A stretch of DNA of 64,000 nucleotides from an uncultured Gemmataceae bacterium (lineage in GTDB: Bacteria > Planctomycetota > Planctomycetia > Gemmatales > Gemmataceae), in the NCBI GenBank assembly GCA_963750165.1, contig CAVVPN010000003.1, forward strand, positions 1,504,001-1,568,000. The letters run 5' to 3'. The stretch's first letter is position 1. The number at the start of each line of letters is the position of its first letter. The notes below the pieces were generated by a model. That model was not told the DNA's origin and searched no databases. It worked only from the letters and a program-made list of their open reading frames with translations. Below, piece by piece: positions 9,232-20,788 of the stretch. The translations under genes were made by a program, and so were the position numbers.

Positions 9232-12200
9232 ATGATGCACGCAGGACTCCCCCCGAAGCAGGGGCTGTACGATCCCTGGTACGAGCACGACGCCTGCGGC
9301 GTCGGCTTCATCGTGGACCTCAAGGGCCGCAAATCGCACACCCTCGTGCAGCAGGGCATTCAGATTCTGCTGAACCTGGAGCACCGCGGCGCCTGCGGCT
9401 GCGAGAAGAACACCGGCGACGGCGCCGGCATCCTGTTGCAGACGCCGGATCGCTTCTTGCGCCGCGAGTGTGACCGCCTGCACATCCCGCTGCCGGTCGA
9501 GGGCGAGTACGCCTGCGGCACGGTGTTCCTGCCGACCCACCGCGGCGACCGCGAACAGTGCGAAGCGCTGTTCGCGGAGATCGTGCGTGAGGAGGAGCAG
9601 TTCCCGCTCGGCTGGCGGACGGTGCCGACCAGCAATGTCACGCTCGGCCAGACCGCGAAGGCGTCCGAGCCGGTGGTGCGGCAGCTGTTCATCGGCCGCA
9701 GCGGCAAACTGCACGACGAGATGGCCTTCGAGCGCAAGCTGTACGTCATCCGCCGCCGCGTCGAGAACGCCGTGCGCACGTCGGAGATCGGCCAGAAGAA
9801 AATGTTCTACGTTTCGAGCCTGTCGTGGAAGACGCTGGTCTACAAGGGCATGCTCAACTCGGACCAGCTGGCCGCGTACTACCCGGACCTGCTCGACCTG
9901 GATCTGGAAACCGCCCTGGCGATGGTGCATTCGCGCTTCAGCACGAACACCTTCCCGAGCTGGGCGCGGGCACACCCGTACCGCTACCTGGCCCACAACG
10001 GCGAGATCAACACGCTGCGCGGCAACGTCAACTGGATGAAGGCGCGCGAGACGATGTTCGCGTCGCGGCTGTTCGGCGACGACATCAAGAAGCTGCTGCC
10101 GATCATCAACGACCGCGGCAGCGACTCGGCGATGTTCGACAACACGCTGGAACTGCTGGTGCTGGCGGGCCGGTCGCTGCCGCACGCCATGATGATGATG
10201 ATCCCCGAACCGTGGGCCGGTGACGAGTTCATGAGCGCGGAAAAGCGGGCGTTCTACGAATTCCACAGCGCCCTCATGGAGCCGTGGGACGGCCCCGCGT
10301 CCATCGCCTTCACCGACGGCCTGCGCATCGGCGCCGTGCTCGACCGCAACGGCCTGCGGCCGTCGCGCTACTACGTCACCCGCGACGACCTGGTCATCAT
10401 GGCGTCGGAGGTCGGCGTGCTGGACATCGCGCCGGAGCGGATCGCGCACAAGGGCCGGCTGCAACCGGGGCGGATGTTCCTGGTCGATCTGGAGCAGGGC
10501 CGCATCATCGAGGACGGCGAGTTGAAGCAGCAAATCGCCACGGAGCACCCCTACGCCGACTGGCTGCAGGAGCACCTCGTTTGCCTCGACGACCTGCCCG
10601 AGGCACCGCCGCCGCACGAGCCGGACCACCGCACCATTTTGCAGCGGCAGCACCTGTTCGGCTACACCTCCGAGGACCTGAAAATCCTCATGGCGCCGAT
10701 GGGCGAGGGCGGCAACGAGGCCGTCGGCTCGATGGGCAATGACGCCGCCCTGGCCGTGCTCTCGGATCGGCCGCAGTTGCTGTACAACTATTTCAAGCAG
10801 CTGTTCGCGCAGGTGACGAACCCGCCGGTGGACGCCATCCGCGAAGAACTCATCATGTCGATGGTAACGACCGTCGGCCGCGAGTTCAACCTGCTGGAGC
10901 CGACACCGGAGTCCTGCCGGCAGATCAAGCTGCGCTCGCCGATCCTGAAGAACGCGGAGATGGACAAGCTCCGCCAGCTGGAGGGCACCAGCAACGGCCG
11001 CTTCAAGTCGCTGACGCTGGAAATGCTGTACAACGTCGCCGACGGCGAGTCGGGCCTGGAACGCGCCATGACGACGCTGTGCAAGCAGGCCAGCACCGCC
11101 ATCGCCACCGGTCACGAGTTCATCATCCTCAGCGATCGCGCTGCCGACCAGAAGCGAGCGCCCATTCCGGCACTGCTCGCGGTCGCCGGCGTCCACCACC
11201 ACCTGATCCGCGAGGGCACGCGCACGCGCGTCGGCCTCATCGTCGAGAGCGGTGAGCCGCGCGAGGTGCATCACTTCGCGCTGCTGATCGGCTACGGCGC
11301 CGGGGCCATCAATCCGTACCTGGCGTTCGAGACGCTCGGCGACATGATCCGCCAGGGCGGACTCAAGGGCGTCGATTACGAGCATGCCGTCAAGAACTAC
11401 GCCAAGGCGGTCGCCAAGGGCGTCATGAAGGTCATGTCCAAGATGGGCATTTCCACGGCGCAGAGCTACTGCGGCGCCCAGATTTTTGAAGCCATCGGCC
11501 TCAACCAGAAGGTCATCGACAGGTATTTCACCTGGACCGCGTCGCGCGTCTCCGGCATCGGCATGGACGTGATCGCCGCGGAGGTGAAGGTTCGCCACGA
11601 CCGCGCTTACCCCGACCGCTCCATCAACGGCCACACGCTGGAGGTCGGCGGCCACTACCAGTATCGCCGCGAGGGCGAGTACCACCTGTTCAACCCGGAA
11701 ACGGTCCACAAGCTGCAATTCGCCTGCCGCACCGGTAGCTTCAAACTGTTCCAGCAGTACAGCGCCCTGGTCAACGACCAGGCCCGGCGCCTGTGTACGC
11801 TGCGCGGCCTGTTCGATCTCAAGTTCGCCGAACAGCCGATCCCGATTGAGGAAGTCGAATCGGTCGAGGCCATCGTCAAGCGCTTCAAGACGGGGGCGAT
11901 GTCCTACGGTTCGATCAGCAAGGAGGCGCACGAGACGCTGGCCATCGCCATGAATCGGCTGGGCGGCAAGAGCAACACCGGCGAGGGTGGCGAGGACCCG
12001 GCCCGCTACGTCCCCGACGCCAACGGCGACTCGCGCAACAGCGCCATCAAGCAGGTCGCGTCCGGCCGCTTCGGTGTCACCAGCGAGTACCTCGTCAACG
12101 CGAAGGAATTGCAGATCAAGATGGCCCAGGGCGCCAAGCCCGGCGAGGGCGGCCAGCTGCCGGGGCACAAGGTCTATCCGTGGATCGCGAAGGTGCGGTA

Positions 12201-13845
12201 CTCGACGCCCGGCGTCGGCCTGATCTCGCCGCCGCCGCACCATGACATTTACTCCATTGAAGACCTCGCGGAGCTGATTCACGACCTGAAGAACGGCAAC
12301 CCGCGGGCGCGTATCAGCGTCAAGCTGGTGGCCGAGGTGGGCGTCGGCACCGTGGCGGCCGGCGTCGCCAAGGCGCACGCCGATGTGGTGCTCATCAGCG
12401 GCCACGATGGCGGCACCGGGGCGTCGCCGCTGACCAGCATCAAGCACGCGGGCACTCCGTGGGAACTGGGGTTGGCCGAGACGCAGCAGACGCTGCTGCT
12501 CAACAATTTGCGGAGCCGCATTGTCGTCGAAGTGGACGGCCAGCTGAAAACGGGCCGCGACGTGGTCATCGGGGCGCTGCTCGGGGCCGAAGAATTCGGT
12601 TTCGCGACGGGGCCGCTGGTGGCGCTGGGCTGCGTGATGATGCGCGTCTGCCACCTGAACACCTGCCCGGTCGGCGTGGCCACGCAGGATCCGAAGCTGC
12701 GCGAAAAATTCGCCGGCAAGCCGGAGCACGTCGAGAACTTCATGCGCTTCATCGCCCAGGAAGTCCGCGAACTGATGGCCCAGCTCGGCTTCCGCACCGT
12801 CGAGGAGATGGTCGGCCACAGCGAACGGCTGGAGATGAAGCAGGCCGTCGAGCATTACAAGACGAAGGGCCTGGACCTGGCGCCGATCCTGTACCAGCCG
12901 AAGGTCGGGCCGGAGGTCGGCCGCTCCTGCAAGGAAAAGCAGGATCACGAGCTGGAAAAATCGCTGGACCATCGGGTGCTGATCCCGCTGTGCCGGCCGG
13001 CGCTGGAGGAGGGCAAGCCGGTCGAGGCGCACCTGCCGATCCGCAACATTCACCGCGTCGTCGGCACCACGCTCGGCAGCGAGGTCACGCGCCGCTACGG
13101 AGCGGCCGGGCTGCCGGAGGACACGATCAAGTTGAACTTCCGCGGCTCGGCGGGCCAGAGTTTCGGCGCGTTCCTGCCGCGCGGCATCACGCTGACGCTG
13201 GAGGGCGACGCCAACGACTACGTCGGCAAGGGCCTGTCGGGCGGCAAGATCATCGTCTACCCGCCGGCGGAGTGCAATTTCACCGCGTACAAGAACGTCA
13301 TCATCGGCAACGTCGCGTTCTACGGGGCAACCGGCGGCGAGGCTTATATCCGCGGCATGGCGGGCGAGCGCTTCTGCGTCCGCAACAGCGGCCTGAACGC
13401 GGTGGTGCTGTCGGTTGGCGACCACGGCTGCGAGTACATGACCGGTGGTCACGTCGTCGTGCTGGGACCGACGGGCAAGAATTTCGCGGCCGGCATGTCC
13501 GGCGGCGTCGCCTACGTCTACGACGAGCGCGGCGAGTTTCCAAAGAACTGCAATATGGAGATGGTCAAACTCTTCCGATTGGAGGACTCGGACGAGGACG
13601 AGAAGGCGTTCGTTCGTGAGCTGATCCGCAAGCACGGGCTGTACACGGGCAGCGACCGCTCCATCCGCATTGTCGATCACTGGGAGGACATGGCGCCGCG
13701 CTTTGTCAAGGTGTACCCCAATGATTATCGCCGCGTCATCGAGACGCAGAAGCGGTTCAAGGAGTCGGGGCTGTCGGAAGCCGAGGCGGTGATGGCAGCG
13801 TTCGAGGAGAACGCGCACGACCTGGCGCGGGTGGGCGGGAAGTAA
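9232..13845 (+). CDS. gltB: Glutamate synthase large subunit
   Basis: EHDACGVG amidotransferase N-terminus, [34 protein letters not shown] Fe-S motif, GXGXG C-terminal domain. Confidence 0.98.
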   Translation: MMHAGLPPKQGLYDPWYEHDACGVGFIVDLKGRKSHTLVQQGIQILLNLEHRGACGCEKNTGDGAGILLQTPDRFLRRECDRLHIPLPVEGEYACGTVFLPTHRGDREQCEALFAEIVREEEQFPLGWRTVPTSNVTLGQTAKASEPVVRQLFIGRSGKLHDEMAFERKLYVIRRRVENAVRTSEIGQKKMFYVSSLSWKTLVYKGMLNSDQLAAYYPDLLDLDLETALAMVHSRFSTNTFPSWARAHPYRYLAHNGEINTLRGNVNWMKARETMFASRLFGDDIKKLLPIINDRGSDSAMFDNTLELLVLAGRSLPHAMMMMIPEPWAGDEFMSAEKRAFYEFHSALMEPWDGPASIAFTDGLRIGAVLDRNGLRPSRYYVTRDDLVIMASEVGVLDIAPERIAHKGRLQPGRMFLVDLEQGRIIEDGELKQQIATEHPYADWLQEHLVCLDDLPEAPPPHEPDHRTILQRQHLFGYTSEDLKILMAPMGEGGNEAVGSMGNDAALAVLSDRPQLLYNYFKQLFAQVTNPPVDAIREELIMSMVTTVGREFNLLEPTPESCRQIKLRSPILKNAEMDKLRQLEGTSNGRFKSLTLEMLYNVADGESGLERAMTTLCKQASTAIATGHEFIILSDRAADQKRAPIPALLAVAGVHHHLIREGTRTRVGLIVESGEPREVHHFALLIGYGAGAINPYLAFETLGDMIRQGGLKGVDYEHAVKNYAKAVAKGVMKVMSKMGISTAQSYCGAQIFEAIGLNQKVIDRYFTWTASRVSGIGMDVIAAEVKVRHDRAYPDRSINGHTLEVGGHYQYRREGEYHLFNPETVHKLQFACRTGSFKLFQQYSALVNDQARRLCTLRGLFDLKFAEQPIPIEEVESVEAIVKRFKTGAMSYGSISKEAHETLAIAMNRLGGKSNTGEGGEDPARYVPDANGDSRNSAIKQVASGRFGVTSEYLVNAKELQIKMAQGAKPGEGGQLPGHKVYPWIAKVRYSTPGVGLISPPPHHDIYSIEDLAELIHDLKNGNPRARISVKLVAEVGVGTVAAGVAKAHADVVLISGHDGGTGASPLTSIKHAGTPWELGLAETQQTLLLNNLRSRIVVEVDGQLKTGRDVVIGALLGAEEFGFATGPLVALGCVMMRVCHLNTCPVGVATQDPKLREKFAGKPEHVENFMRFIAQEVRELMAQLGFRTVEEMVGHSERLEMKQAVEHYKTKGLDLAPILYQPKVGPEVGRSCKEKQDHELEKSLDHRVLIPLCRPALEEGKPVEAHLPIRNIHRVVGTTLGSEVTRRYGAAGLPEDTIKLNFRGSAGQSFGAFLPRGITLTLEGDANDYVGKGLSGGKIIVYPPAECNFTAYKNVIIGNVAFYGATGGEAYIRGMAGERFCVRNSGLNAVVLSVGDHGCEYMTGGHVVVLGPTGKNFAAGMSGGVAYVYDERGEFPKNCNMEMVKLFRLEDSDEDEKAFVRELIRKHGLYTGSDRSIRIVDHWEDMAPRFVKVYPNDYRRVIETQKRFKESGLSEAEAVMAAFEENAHDLARVGGK

Positions 13846-13864
13846 TTCCCGGCGTGCCGGATTT

Positions 13865-14072
13865 CTTCACCCCGAAGGGGCGGGACAACTTAGCCCAGGG
13901 CAACGCCCTGGGGACCAGGACCGATCCCAACCCTTCTTCTACCGCCCTGAAAGGGCACAACAACGGGAGCGCCGGTTGTTGTGCCCTTTCAGGGCGGAAA
14001 GCGAAAAATCTGTCTTCCCCAGTTCCCAGGGCGTTGCCCTGGGCTAAGTTGTCCCGCCCCTTCGGGGCGAAG
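13865..14072. repeat. About 208-bp palindromic REPIN-like element between gltB and gltD
   Basis: Outer arms CCCCGAAGGGGCGGGACAACTTAGCCCAGGGCAACGCCCTGGG and complement; inner GCCCTGAAAGGGC...GCCCTTTCAGGGC. Confidence 0.85.
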
Positions 14073-14106
14073 AAGCAGGCCGAACGTTTCACCGGATGGG
14101 ATAGAC

Positions 14107-15596
14107 ATGGGCAAGCCAACCGGATTCCTGGAGTTCCCACGCGAGCTGCCGCAGGTGTACCCGCCGGCGGAGCGCATCCGCCACTGGCAAGAGTTCCACG
14201 CGCACGCCGACGCGGACCTGCTCAGCAAACAGGGCGCCCGCTGCATGGACTGCGGCGTGCCCTTCTGTCACACCGGCACCCTGCTCGACGGCATGGCCTC
14301 GGGCTGCCCCATCAACAACCTCATCCCGGAGTGGAACGACCTCGTTTATCGTGGATTGTGGAAGGAGGCGCTGGAGCGGTTGCACAAGACCAACAACTTC
14401 CCCGAATTCACCGGCCGCGTCTGTCCGGCGCCGTGCGAGGGTTCGTGCGTCCTCGGCATCAACGAGCCGCCGGTGACCATCAAGAGCATCGAATGCGCCA
14501 TCGTCGATAAGGGTTTCGAAATGGGCTGGATTCAGCCGGAGCCGCCGCCGCAGCGCACCGGCAAGAAAGTGGCGGTCGTCGGCTCCGGCCCGGCGGGGCT
14601 GGCCGCGGCGGCGCAACTCAACCGTGCCGGCCACTGGGTCACCGTCTTCGAGCGCGCCGACCGCGTCGGCGGCCTGCTCATGTACGGCATCCCCAACATG
14701 AAGCTCGACAAGCGCCACGTCGTCGAGCGCCGCGTCAAGATCCTGGAGGCCGAGGGCATCAAGTTCGAGGTCAACACCGAGGTCGGCAAGAACTACCCCG
14801 CGGAAAAACTGCGCACGGAGTTTGACGCGGTGGTCCTCTGCGGCGGCGCCACCCGGCCCAATGACTTTTTCGCGAAGACGGAAGGCCGGCAGCTCCGCGG
14901 CATCCATTTCGCGATGGAGTTCCTGCACGCCAACACCAAGAGTCTGCTCGACAGCGGCCACGCCGATGGGAAGTACATTTCGGCGAAGGGCAAGGACGTG
15001 GTGGTGCTTGGCGGCGGCGACACCGGCACCGACTGCGTCGGCACCGCTCTGCGGCAGGGCTGCCGGAGCCTCGTGCAACTGGAGATCGTGCCGCGGCCGC
15101 CGCTGCAGCGTGCCGGCGACAACCCCTGGCCGCAGTGGCCCAAAGTCTATCGCCTGGACTATGGTCAGGAGGAGGCGGAAGCGCTCTGGGCGCGGACCCG
15201 CGCCGCTATGCGGTGCAGACGCAAAAATTCCTCGGCGACGAGCACGGCCACGTCCGGGCGGTCGAAACGGTGGAGGTCGAGTGGGTGCGCGACAACGGCA
15301 AGGCGTCGCCGCGCAATCGGCCCGGCACCGAGCAGGTGTTGCCGGCGCAACTGGTGCTGTTCGCGCTGGGCTTCGGCGGGCCGGAGTCGCAGTTGCTGGA
15401 CCAGCTGGGCGTCGAAAAGGACCCGCGCAGCAACGCCAGGGCGGAGCACGGCAAGTTCGCGACCAGCGTGCCGGGCGTCTTCGCGGCGGGGGACATGCGC
15501 CGCGGGCAGAGTTTGGTGGTGTGGGCCATCAACGAGGGCCGCGGGGCGGCGCGGGAGTGCGACCGCTATCTGATGGGGGCGACCGTGCTGCCGTGA
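14107..15596 (+). CDS. gltD: Glutamate synthase small subunit (frameshift near 15190, probably sequencing error)
   Basis: [27 protein letters not shown]-terminal [19 protein letters not shown] lies in another frame (ORF 15135-15596). Confidence 0.95.
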
Positions 15597-15624
15597 CCAT
15601 CTCGCCCGCGCACGAGGAGCCAAC

Positions 15625-15948
15625 ATGAGCCCGACTGTTGAAAAGCTCTTTCGAGCGGTGATGGCCCTGCCTCCTGCCGAGCGACGGGCCTTGACAGACG
15701 CACTCGTCGCCATCGCAGAGCATCCCGAAGCGCCCGGCCAGGTGGGTGAGGAATATCTCGCCGAAATCCGGCGGCGGTCTGCCCAAACCGAGACGGAGGC
15801 GTGGGTGCCCTGGTCGGAGGTTCGCCGCCGTGTCCATGCGCAGCTCGGCATCACACTCGCGTTATGGCCTGGTCTCCGGACCAGGCCATGGGACATGACC
15901 GAAGTTCTCCTCTGGGATGCTGTGGAGACCTTCGGTCGGGGCGGGTGA
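15625..15948 (+). CDS. Putative addiction-module antitoxin (TIGR02574-like); 3' end runs into a repeat
   Basis: ALPPAERRAL...AEIRRR...VPWSEVRRR pattern. Confidence 0.7.
   Translation: MSPTVEKLFRAVMALPPAERRALTDALVAIAEHPEAPGQVGEEYLAEIRRRSAQTETEAWVPWSEVRRRVHAQLGITLALWPGLRTRPWDMTEVLLWDAVETFGRGG
15864..15939. repeat. REP-like double hairpin
   Basis: ATGGCCTGGTC..GACCAGGCCAT and GACCGAAG.TCTCC...GGAGACCTTCGGTC. Confidence 0.6.
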
Positions 15949-16097
15949 GGACGCTTGCTATAATCGTGTGAAACGAAACCAACCCCTTGTCCCCCCCCCT
16001 TCTCCCTAACTGGCAAATCATCCCTTCCCTTTCCGGCCGGCGCCCGGTTACGATTTTGGATACACGTTCGAGCCGCCGTTCGCACAGGGAGGTTCCC

Positions 16098-17954
16098 ATG
16101 CGTCATCTGTTTGCCGTCCGCGCCGCGGTCGTGCTGGCCGCAACCCTGGCTGCCGAAGCGCCCGCCCAGCGCACTGCCCTCAGACCGTTTACGGGATCTG
16201 GACCCGAGGTGAACGCCTTCCAATCCGCTCACCGCGGCACGCCCAGGCCCGAGCTGTTGAAGGATTGGGAACGGATCGCCAAGGCCAACAAGAACTCGGC
16301 CGTGGCCAATCAAATGGTGCGAGACTACCAGGCCCTGATCGCCGAGGACCGGGTTTGGAAGGAGCCCGACTCCAAGGTCCTGGCGAAGATGACGGCCGTG
16401 CAAAAGGCGGCCTACTGGATGCACCACCTGCGCGACCTGGATGTCGGCTCGCCCTATTTCGGTGGGTGTCACGTCCTGGGACTCACCCAGAACCGCGGCG
16501 GTGGCGATCAGAAGAAGCCCAACGCCGCCGTGGAACTGGCCAACCTGGGCTTCGACGCCCTGCCGCTGGTCATCGACCACCTCGACGACACCCGCCCCAC
16601 GCGCTGCCTGGCCCACGAGCGGGATTTCGTGCAGAGCAGTCATCGGAGTTACAAGCCGGACACGTATTACCTGCTCCGCTACGGCGACTGTTGCCAGCAA
16701 ATCTTCGAGGGCATCACCGGCCACACCCTCTACCAGGGGAAGACGGTCAGCCACTTCCCGACGTCCGACGGCGTGGGTAAGGACCTCAAGAAAGAGGCCG
16801 CGCGTTGGTGGCAGGAGTTCCAGAAGAAGGGCGAGAAGCAGATGCTCATTGAGGGCACCGAACGCGGCGACCGCAGCAGCGCCGAGCAGGGCCGGCGGCT
16901 GGCGGCCAAATTCCCGGCGGACGCCCTGGCTCCGATCATCACCGGGGCGCGCAAGTGCAAGAACGAGTGGCAGCGCAACAGCCTGGTCCACAGCGCCGGG
17001 GAGCTGTCGGCTGAGCAGGCCACGGCGTTCCTGATGGAAGAGTTGAAGACCGCCTTCCCCCTCGTCCGGGTCACCGCCGCCAGGGCGCTGGTGCGGCGCG
17101 GCCGGGCGGAGGGCCTGGACGCGCTCCGGCGGGAATGGCAGCAATTCCAGTGGTCGAAGTATTCCGACTTCGACCACTGGCAGTGGCTGCGCGAACTCGT
17201 TCAAGGCCTGGCGCAAGCCAACGAGCCGGCGGCGCTGCAGGTCATCGCCACGGACTTCCGCAAGAAGCCGTTGCAGGTCCGGTCGCTGGTCGTGAGCCTC
17301 CTCCGCGAGCCGGAGAAGGACCTGCGCGGCAAGCCGTTGACGCCGGCCGCGGAGGCCGCGGTCGAGGATCTGCTCGCCGCGGCCCTGGACGACCGCGAGG
17401 AAGAGTGGTCCTCCCGCAGCACCGGTAAAGGCGTGGTGCGCGACCCGACCCTCGGCGACCTGGCGGCGGAGGCCCTGGTCGAGCGCTGGGGGCGACCGCA
17501 GTTGTTCAACATCTACGGCCCGCTGGGGACGAAGGAGCGGCAGCGGCTGGAGGTCAAGAACGTCTGGCTGAAGAAGCGCGGCAAGGAACCAGTGCCGGTG
17601 CCGGCCGCGCGGAAGATTGCGCCGGCGCCCGAGGCGCAGGTGCAGCCTCTGCTGGACGCGGTACGGGGTGCGCAGACGGCGGCCGGGCGCCGCGCCCCGC
17701 TGGCGGCCCTGGAAAAGCTGGGGCTGCCGGCCTTACCGGCGGTCCGCAAGGCACTGTGCGAGCTGAAAGCCGCCGACCCGGCGCGTGCCGAACTGGAGGC
17801 CCTGGCGGCGCGACTGGCGCTGACCATGCGGCGGCCGTCTTCCCTGGCGTTGTATCGCAAACCCTTTTGCCTGGCAAAGCTGTTCATGACCTCCCCACCG
17901 AATTGTACCGGTTCCGGCCTGTACCCATCCGGGGCGCATCCGATAGGATCATAG
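16098..17954 (+). CDS. Secreted HEAT/alpha-solenoid hypothetical protein, possibly 3'-truncated near 17826
   Basis: RBS GGGAGG, signal peptide, repeated LEKLGLPALP and VRVTAARAL-type helices; last ~40 codons look atypical. Confidence 0.7.
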   Translation: MRHLFAVRAAVVLAATLAAEAPAQRTALRPFTGSGPEVNAFQSAHRGTPRPELLKDWERIAKANKNSAVANQMVRDYQALIAEDRVWKEPDSKVLAKMTAVQKAAYWMHHLRDLDVGSPYFGGCHVLGLTQNRGGGDQKKPNAAVELANLGFDALPLVIDHLDDTRPTRCLAHERDFVQSSHRSYKPDTYYLLRYGDCCQQIFEGITGHTLYQGKTVSHFPTSDGVGKDLKKEAARWWQEFQKKGEKQMLIEGTERGDRSSAEQGRRLAAKFPADALAPIITGARKCKNEWQRNSLVHSAGELSAEQATAFLMEELKTAFPLVRVTAARALVRRGRAEGLDALRREWQQFQWSKYSDFDHWQWLRELVQGLAQANEPAALQVIATDFRKKPLQVRSLVVSLLREPEKDLRGKPLTPAAEAAVEDLLAAALDDREEEWSSRSTGKGVVRDPTLGDLAAEALVERWGRPQLFNIYGPLGTKERQRLEVKNVWLKKRGKEPVPVPAARKIAPAPEAQVQPLLDAVRGAQTAAGRRAPLAALEKLGLPALPAVRKALCELKAADPARAELEALAARLALTMRRPSSLALYRKPFCLAKLFMTSPPNCTGSGLYPSGAHPIGS

Positions 17955-17990
17955 GGTGGAAAACGTGGCAACCGAACTGGGGTGGGTGGC

Positions 17991-18341
17991 ATGACCATTT
18001 ACGGCGTCTCACAATCCAGCGGCGTGGAGCGGCGGGTGCGGATCGAGCGGGGCGGCGAAGGCGTCGTCCTGACCATCTCCGACCATCCCGCGGGCACGGA
18101 GAAGGCGCGCATCCTGATCCAGGCCGATGAGTTGTTACCCGCGATCGTGGAACCGCCGCCGGGCGGCACCACGGTCGAGGGCCTTTTTCCGCCCCAGGGG
18201 CCGAAAATGTTGCTCGACGTGGAAGTCCGCCGCAACGAGGTGCTGCTGCGGGCGCGGCCCGAGGCGGGCGAAGGGGCGGACGTGGCGGTCGGCCTGGATG
18301 ACTTCCAGGACGCGCTGGAGGGCGCCATCCCGCGCGACTGA
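17991..18341 (+). CDS. Hypothetical protein
   Basis: Acidic 116-aa ORF with typical codon usage. Confidence 0.7.
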   Translation: MTIYGVSQSSGVERRVRIERGGEGVVLTISDHPAGTEKARILIQADELLPAIVEPPPGGTTVEGLFPPQGPKMLLDVEVRRNEVLLRARPEAGEGADVAVGLDDFQDALEGAIPRD

Positions 18342-18377
18342 GCCGGCCCGCCGCGCTCCTTACCCAAGACCGACTCC

Positions 18378-20657
18378 ATGAACCCGTCTACCGCGCCGCG
18401 CCCCGTCGAAAAGTCCGTCGTGCTGGTGGGGGCCGGCAACGCCCACCTGGTCTTCGTCAAACGCTGGGGCATGCGGCCCGTGCCCGGCGTCGCCGTCACG
18501 CTCGTCAACGAGGCGGCCACCGTCCCCTACTCCGCGATGGTCCCCGCCCACCTCACCGGTGATTATTCCCTCGACGACATCACCATCGACCTGGTGCGGC
18601 TGTGCCAGGCGGTCGGTGTGCGCTTCGTGGCCGCGCGCGCGACCGGCCTCGACCTGGCCGCGCCAGGTCCGTCTCGCCGAGCGGCCGCCGCTGACCTATG
18701 ACGCCCTCGCGCTCGGCCTCGGTTCGCTGGCAGCCCGCCCCCCCGCCTCGGACGGCGTGACCGAACTGACCCTGCGGCCCCTGGCGGACCTGGTGCGCAA
18801 CCTCGACGCAGTGGACGAAGACCTGCGCCGCGCGCCGCGGCCGTTGCACGTGGCGGTCGTCGGCGGCGGCGCCAGCGGCTGCGAGCTGGCGCTGGCGATT
18901 CACCAACGGCTCGGCGGTCACGCTGGCTTTCGCCTGACGCTGTTGCAGGGCCATGATCGGCTGCTGCCGGAGTTCCCCGCGCGCGTCGGCCGTCACTTCG
19001 CCGAGGCGTTCCGGCAGCGTGGCGTGGCGTTCCGGCTGAACGCTCGCGTGACCGGCGTCGGGGCGGCCAGTCTGGTGCTGGCCGGCGGCGAAACGGTCGC
19101 GGTCGATGCGGTGCTCTGGGCCACCCAGGCGGCGCCGCCGCGGCTGCTCGCCGACAGCGGCCTGGCCGTGACCGGCGGCTTCCTGCGCGTCACGGACACC
19201 CTGCAATCGGTCAGCGATCCGGCGGTCTTCGGCACCGGCGACTGCGTGACCTTCGACGCTTATCCGGGCCTGCCGAAGAATGGCGTCCACGCTGTGCGCG
19301 AGGGGGCCGTGCTGTTCGACAACATGGCGGCTTTCCTGCGCGAGCGGCCCCTGCGGCGGTTCCACCCGCAGCGCTTCTGTCTGTGCCTGCTCAACACCGC
19401 GGACGGCCGGGCGGTGCTGCGCTATGGGCCGCTCACCTGGAAGAGCCGGTGGGCCCGGCGGCTCAAGGACCGCATCGACCGCGCCTGGATGATGAAGTTT
19501 ACGCGGTTCGCGCCGATGGCCGCGCCAGCGGCGGGACAGCCCGAAGCGCCCTGATGCGCTGCGGCGGCTGCGGCTCCAAGATCGCCGGCGACGTGCTGTC
19601 CGCGGTGCTGAAGCGGCTGGACCTGCCCGACGATCCGCGCGTGCTGCTGGGCACCCGGGCCGGTGAAGACGCGGCGGTGCATCGCGTCCGCCCGGAACTA
19701 TTCGGCCCCGAGCCCGCCAAGCTGGTCGAGGTGCAGACGGTCGATTACTTCAAGGCGTTCGTCGATGACCCGTACCTGTTCGGCGGCGTCGCGGCGTTGA
19801 ACGCGGTCAGCGATCTGTACGCCATGAACGCCCGGCCGTTCACGGCGCTGGCCATCGCCACGCTGCCCTTCGCCCGCGGCCCCATTCAGGAGGCCCAGCT
19901 GTACGAACTGCTCAGCGGGGCGGTCGCGTCGCTGCGTCAGCTCGGTGTTGTGCTAACCGGCGGCCACACCACCGAGGGCAGCGAACTGGCCCTGGGCTTC
20001 GCCGTCACGGGCTTCGCGGAGGAGGATCGGCTGTTCCGCAAGGACGAGCTGCGGCCTGGCGACTTGCTCGTGCTCGCCAAGCCGCTGGGCAGCGGGGCGC
20101 TGCTGGCGGCGTGGATGCGCGGCGCCTGCCGGGCGGCCTGGTTTGCGCGGCTGACCGCCGGCCTGCTGCTGCCCAACGCCGCGGCGGCCGCCGTCTTCGC
20201 CCGTGCCGGCGTCCGCGCCTGCACTGACGTGACCGGCTTCGGCCTGGCGGGGCACCTGCTGGAGATGCTGGACGGCAGCCGGGTGTCGGCGCGACTGGAC
20301 CCGGCGCGCGTGCCGCTCTACCCCGGCTTCGCGGAGGTGGTGGCCCAGGGCATCGTCAGCACGTTGCACCGCGACAACGCCCGGGTGGGTTGCCGGGTGG
20401 ACGGGCCGAGCGCGGACGCCGTCTGGCTCTACGACCCGCAGACCTCTGGCGGCCTGCTCGCGGCGGTGAGGCCGGAAGTCGCTGACCGGGTGCTGGAGGA
20501 GTTGCGCCAGGCGGGCTATCCGGACGCGGCGGTGATTGGCGAGGTGCTGCCCGCCGGGCCGGCGCCCGGGATCGTCCTGCAACCAGGCGGTCGCGTTTCC
20601 GGGCACGCCGGGGCGGTGGACCCGGCAGCGCACACGGCGAGCGTGGGGGTTCGTTGA
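18378..20657 (+). CDS. selD: Pyridine-nucleotide-disulfide oxidoreductase-like domain fused to selenide,water dikinase (apparent frameshifts near 18660 and 19550)
   Basis: VLVGAGNAH, VVGGGASG, FGTGDC, then MRCGGCGSK, EDAAV, QTVDYF, SDLYAM, GGHT, TDVTGFGLAGHL, DPQTSGGLL. Confidence 0.9.
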
Positions 20658-20788
20658 CCCGACGAACGAACCGCCGGAAGCTGATCGGGTAAGTTGGCCA
20701 CCCAGCGGCGGGCCGGGGGCTGAATCAATGCGCCTCCCGGCTCGCCTTCCGCGCCTACCTCATCGAGAGACACAATTCCCGCTCCCCC

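Noticed and set aside
9085..13818. 1577-aa antisense ORF, and similar long shadow ORFs such as 54096-57167 and 28804-31077
   Set aside because: Typical high-GC antisense shadows of real genes with no recognisable motifs
19552..19554. Selenocysteine read-through between the oxidoreductase and SelD
   Set aside because: SelD continues in a different frame from this TGA, so it is a frameshift; the SelD active site is Cys
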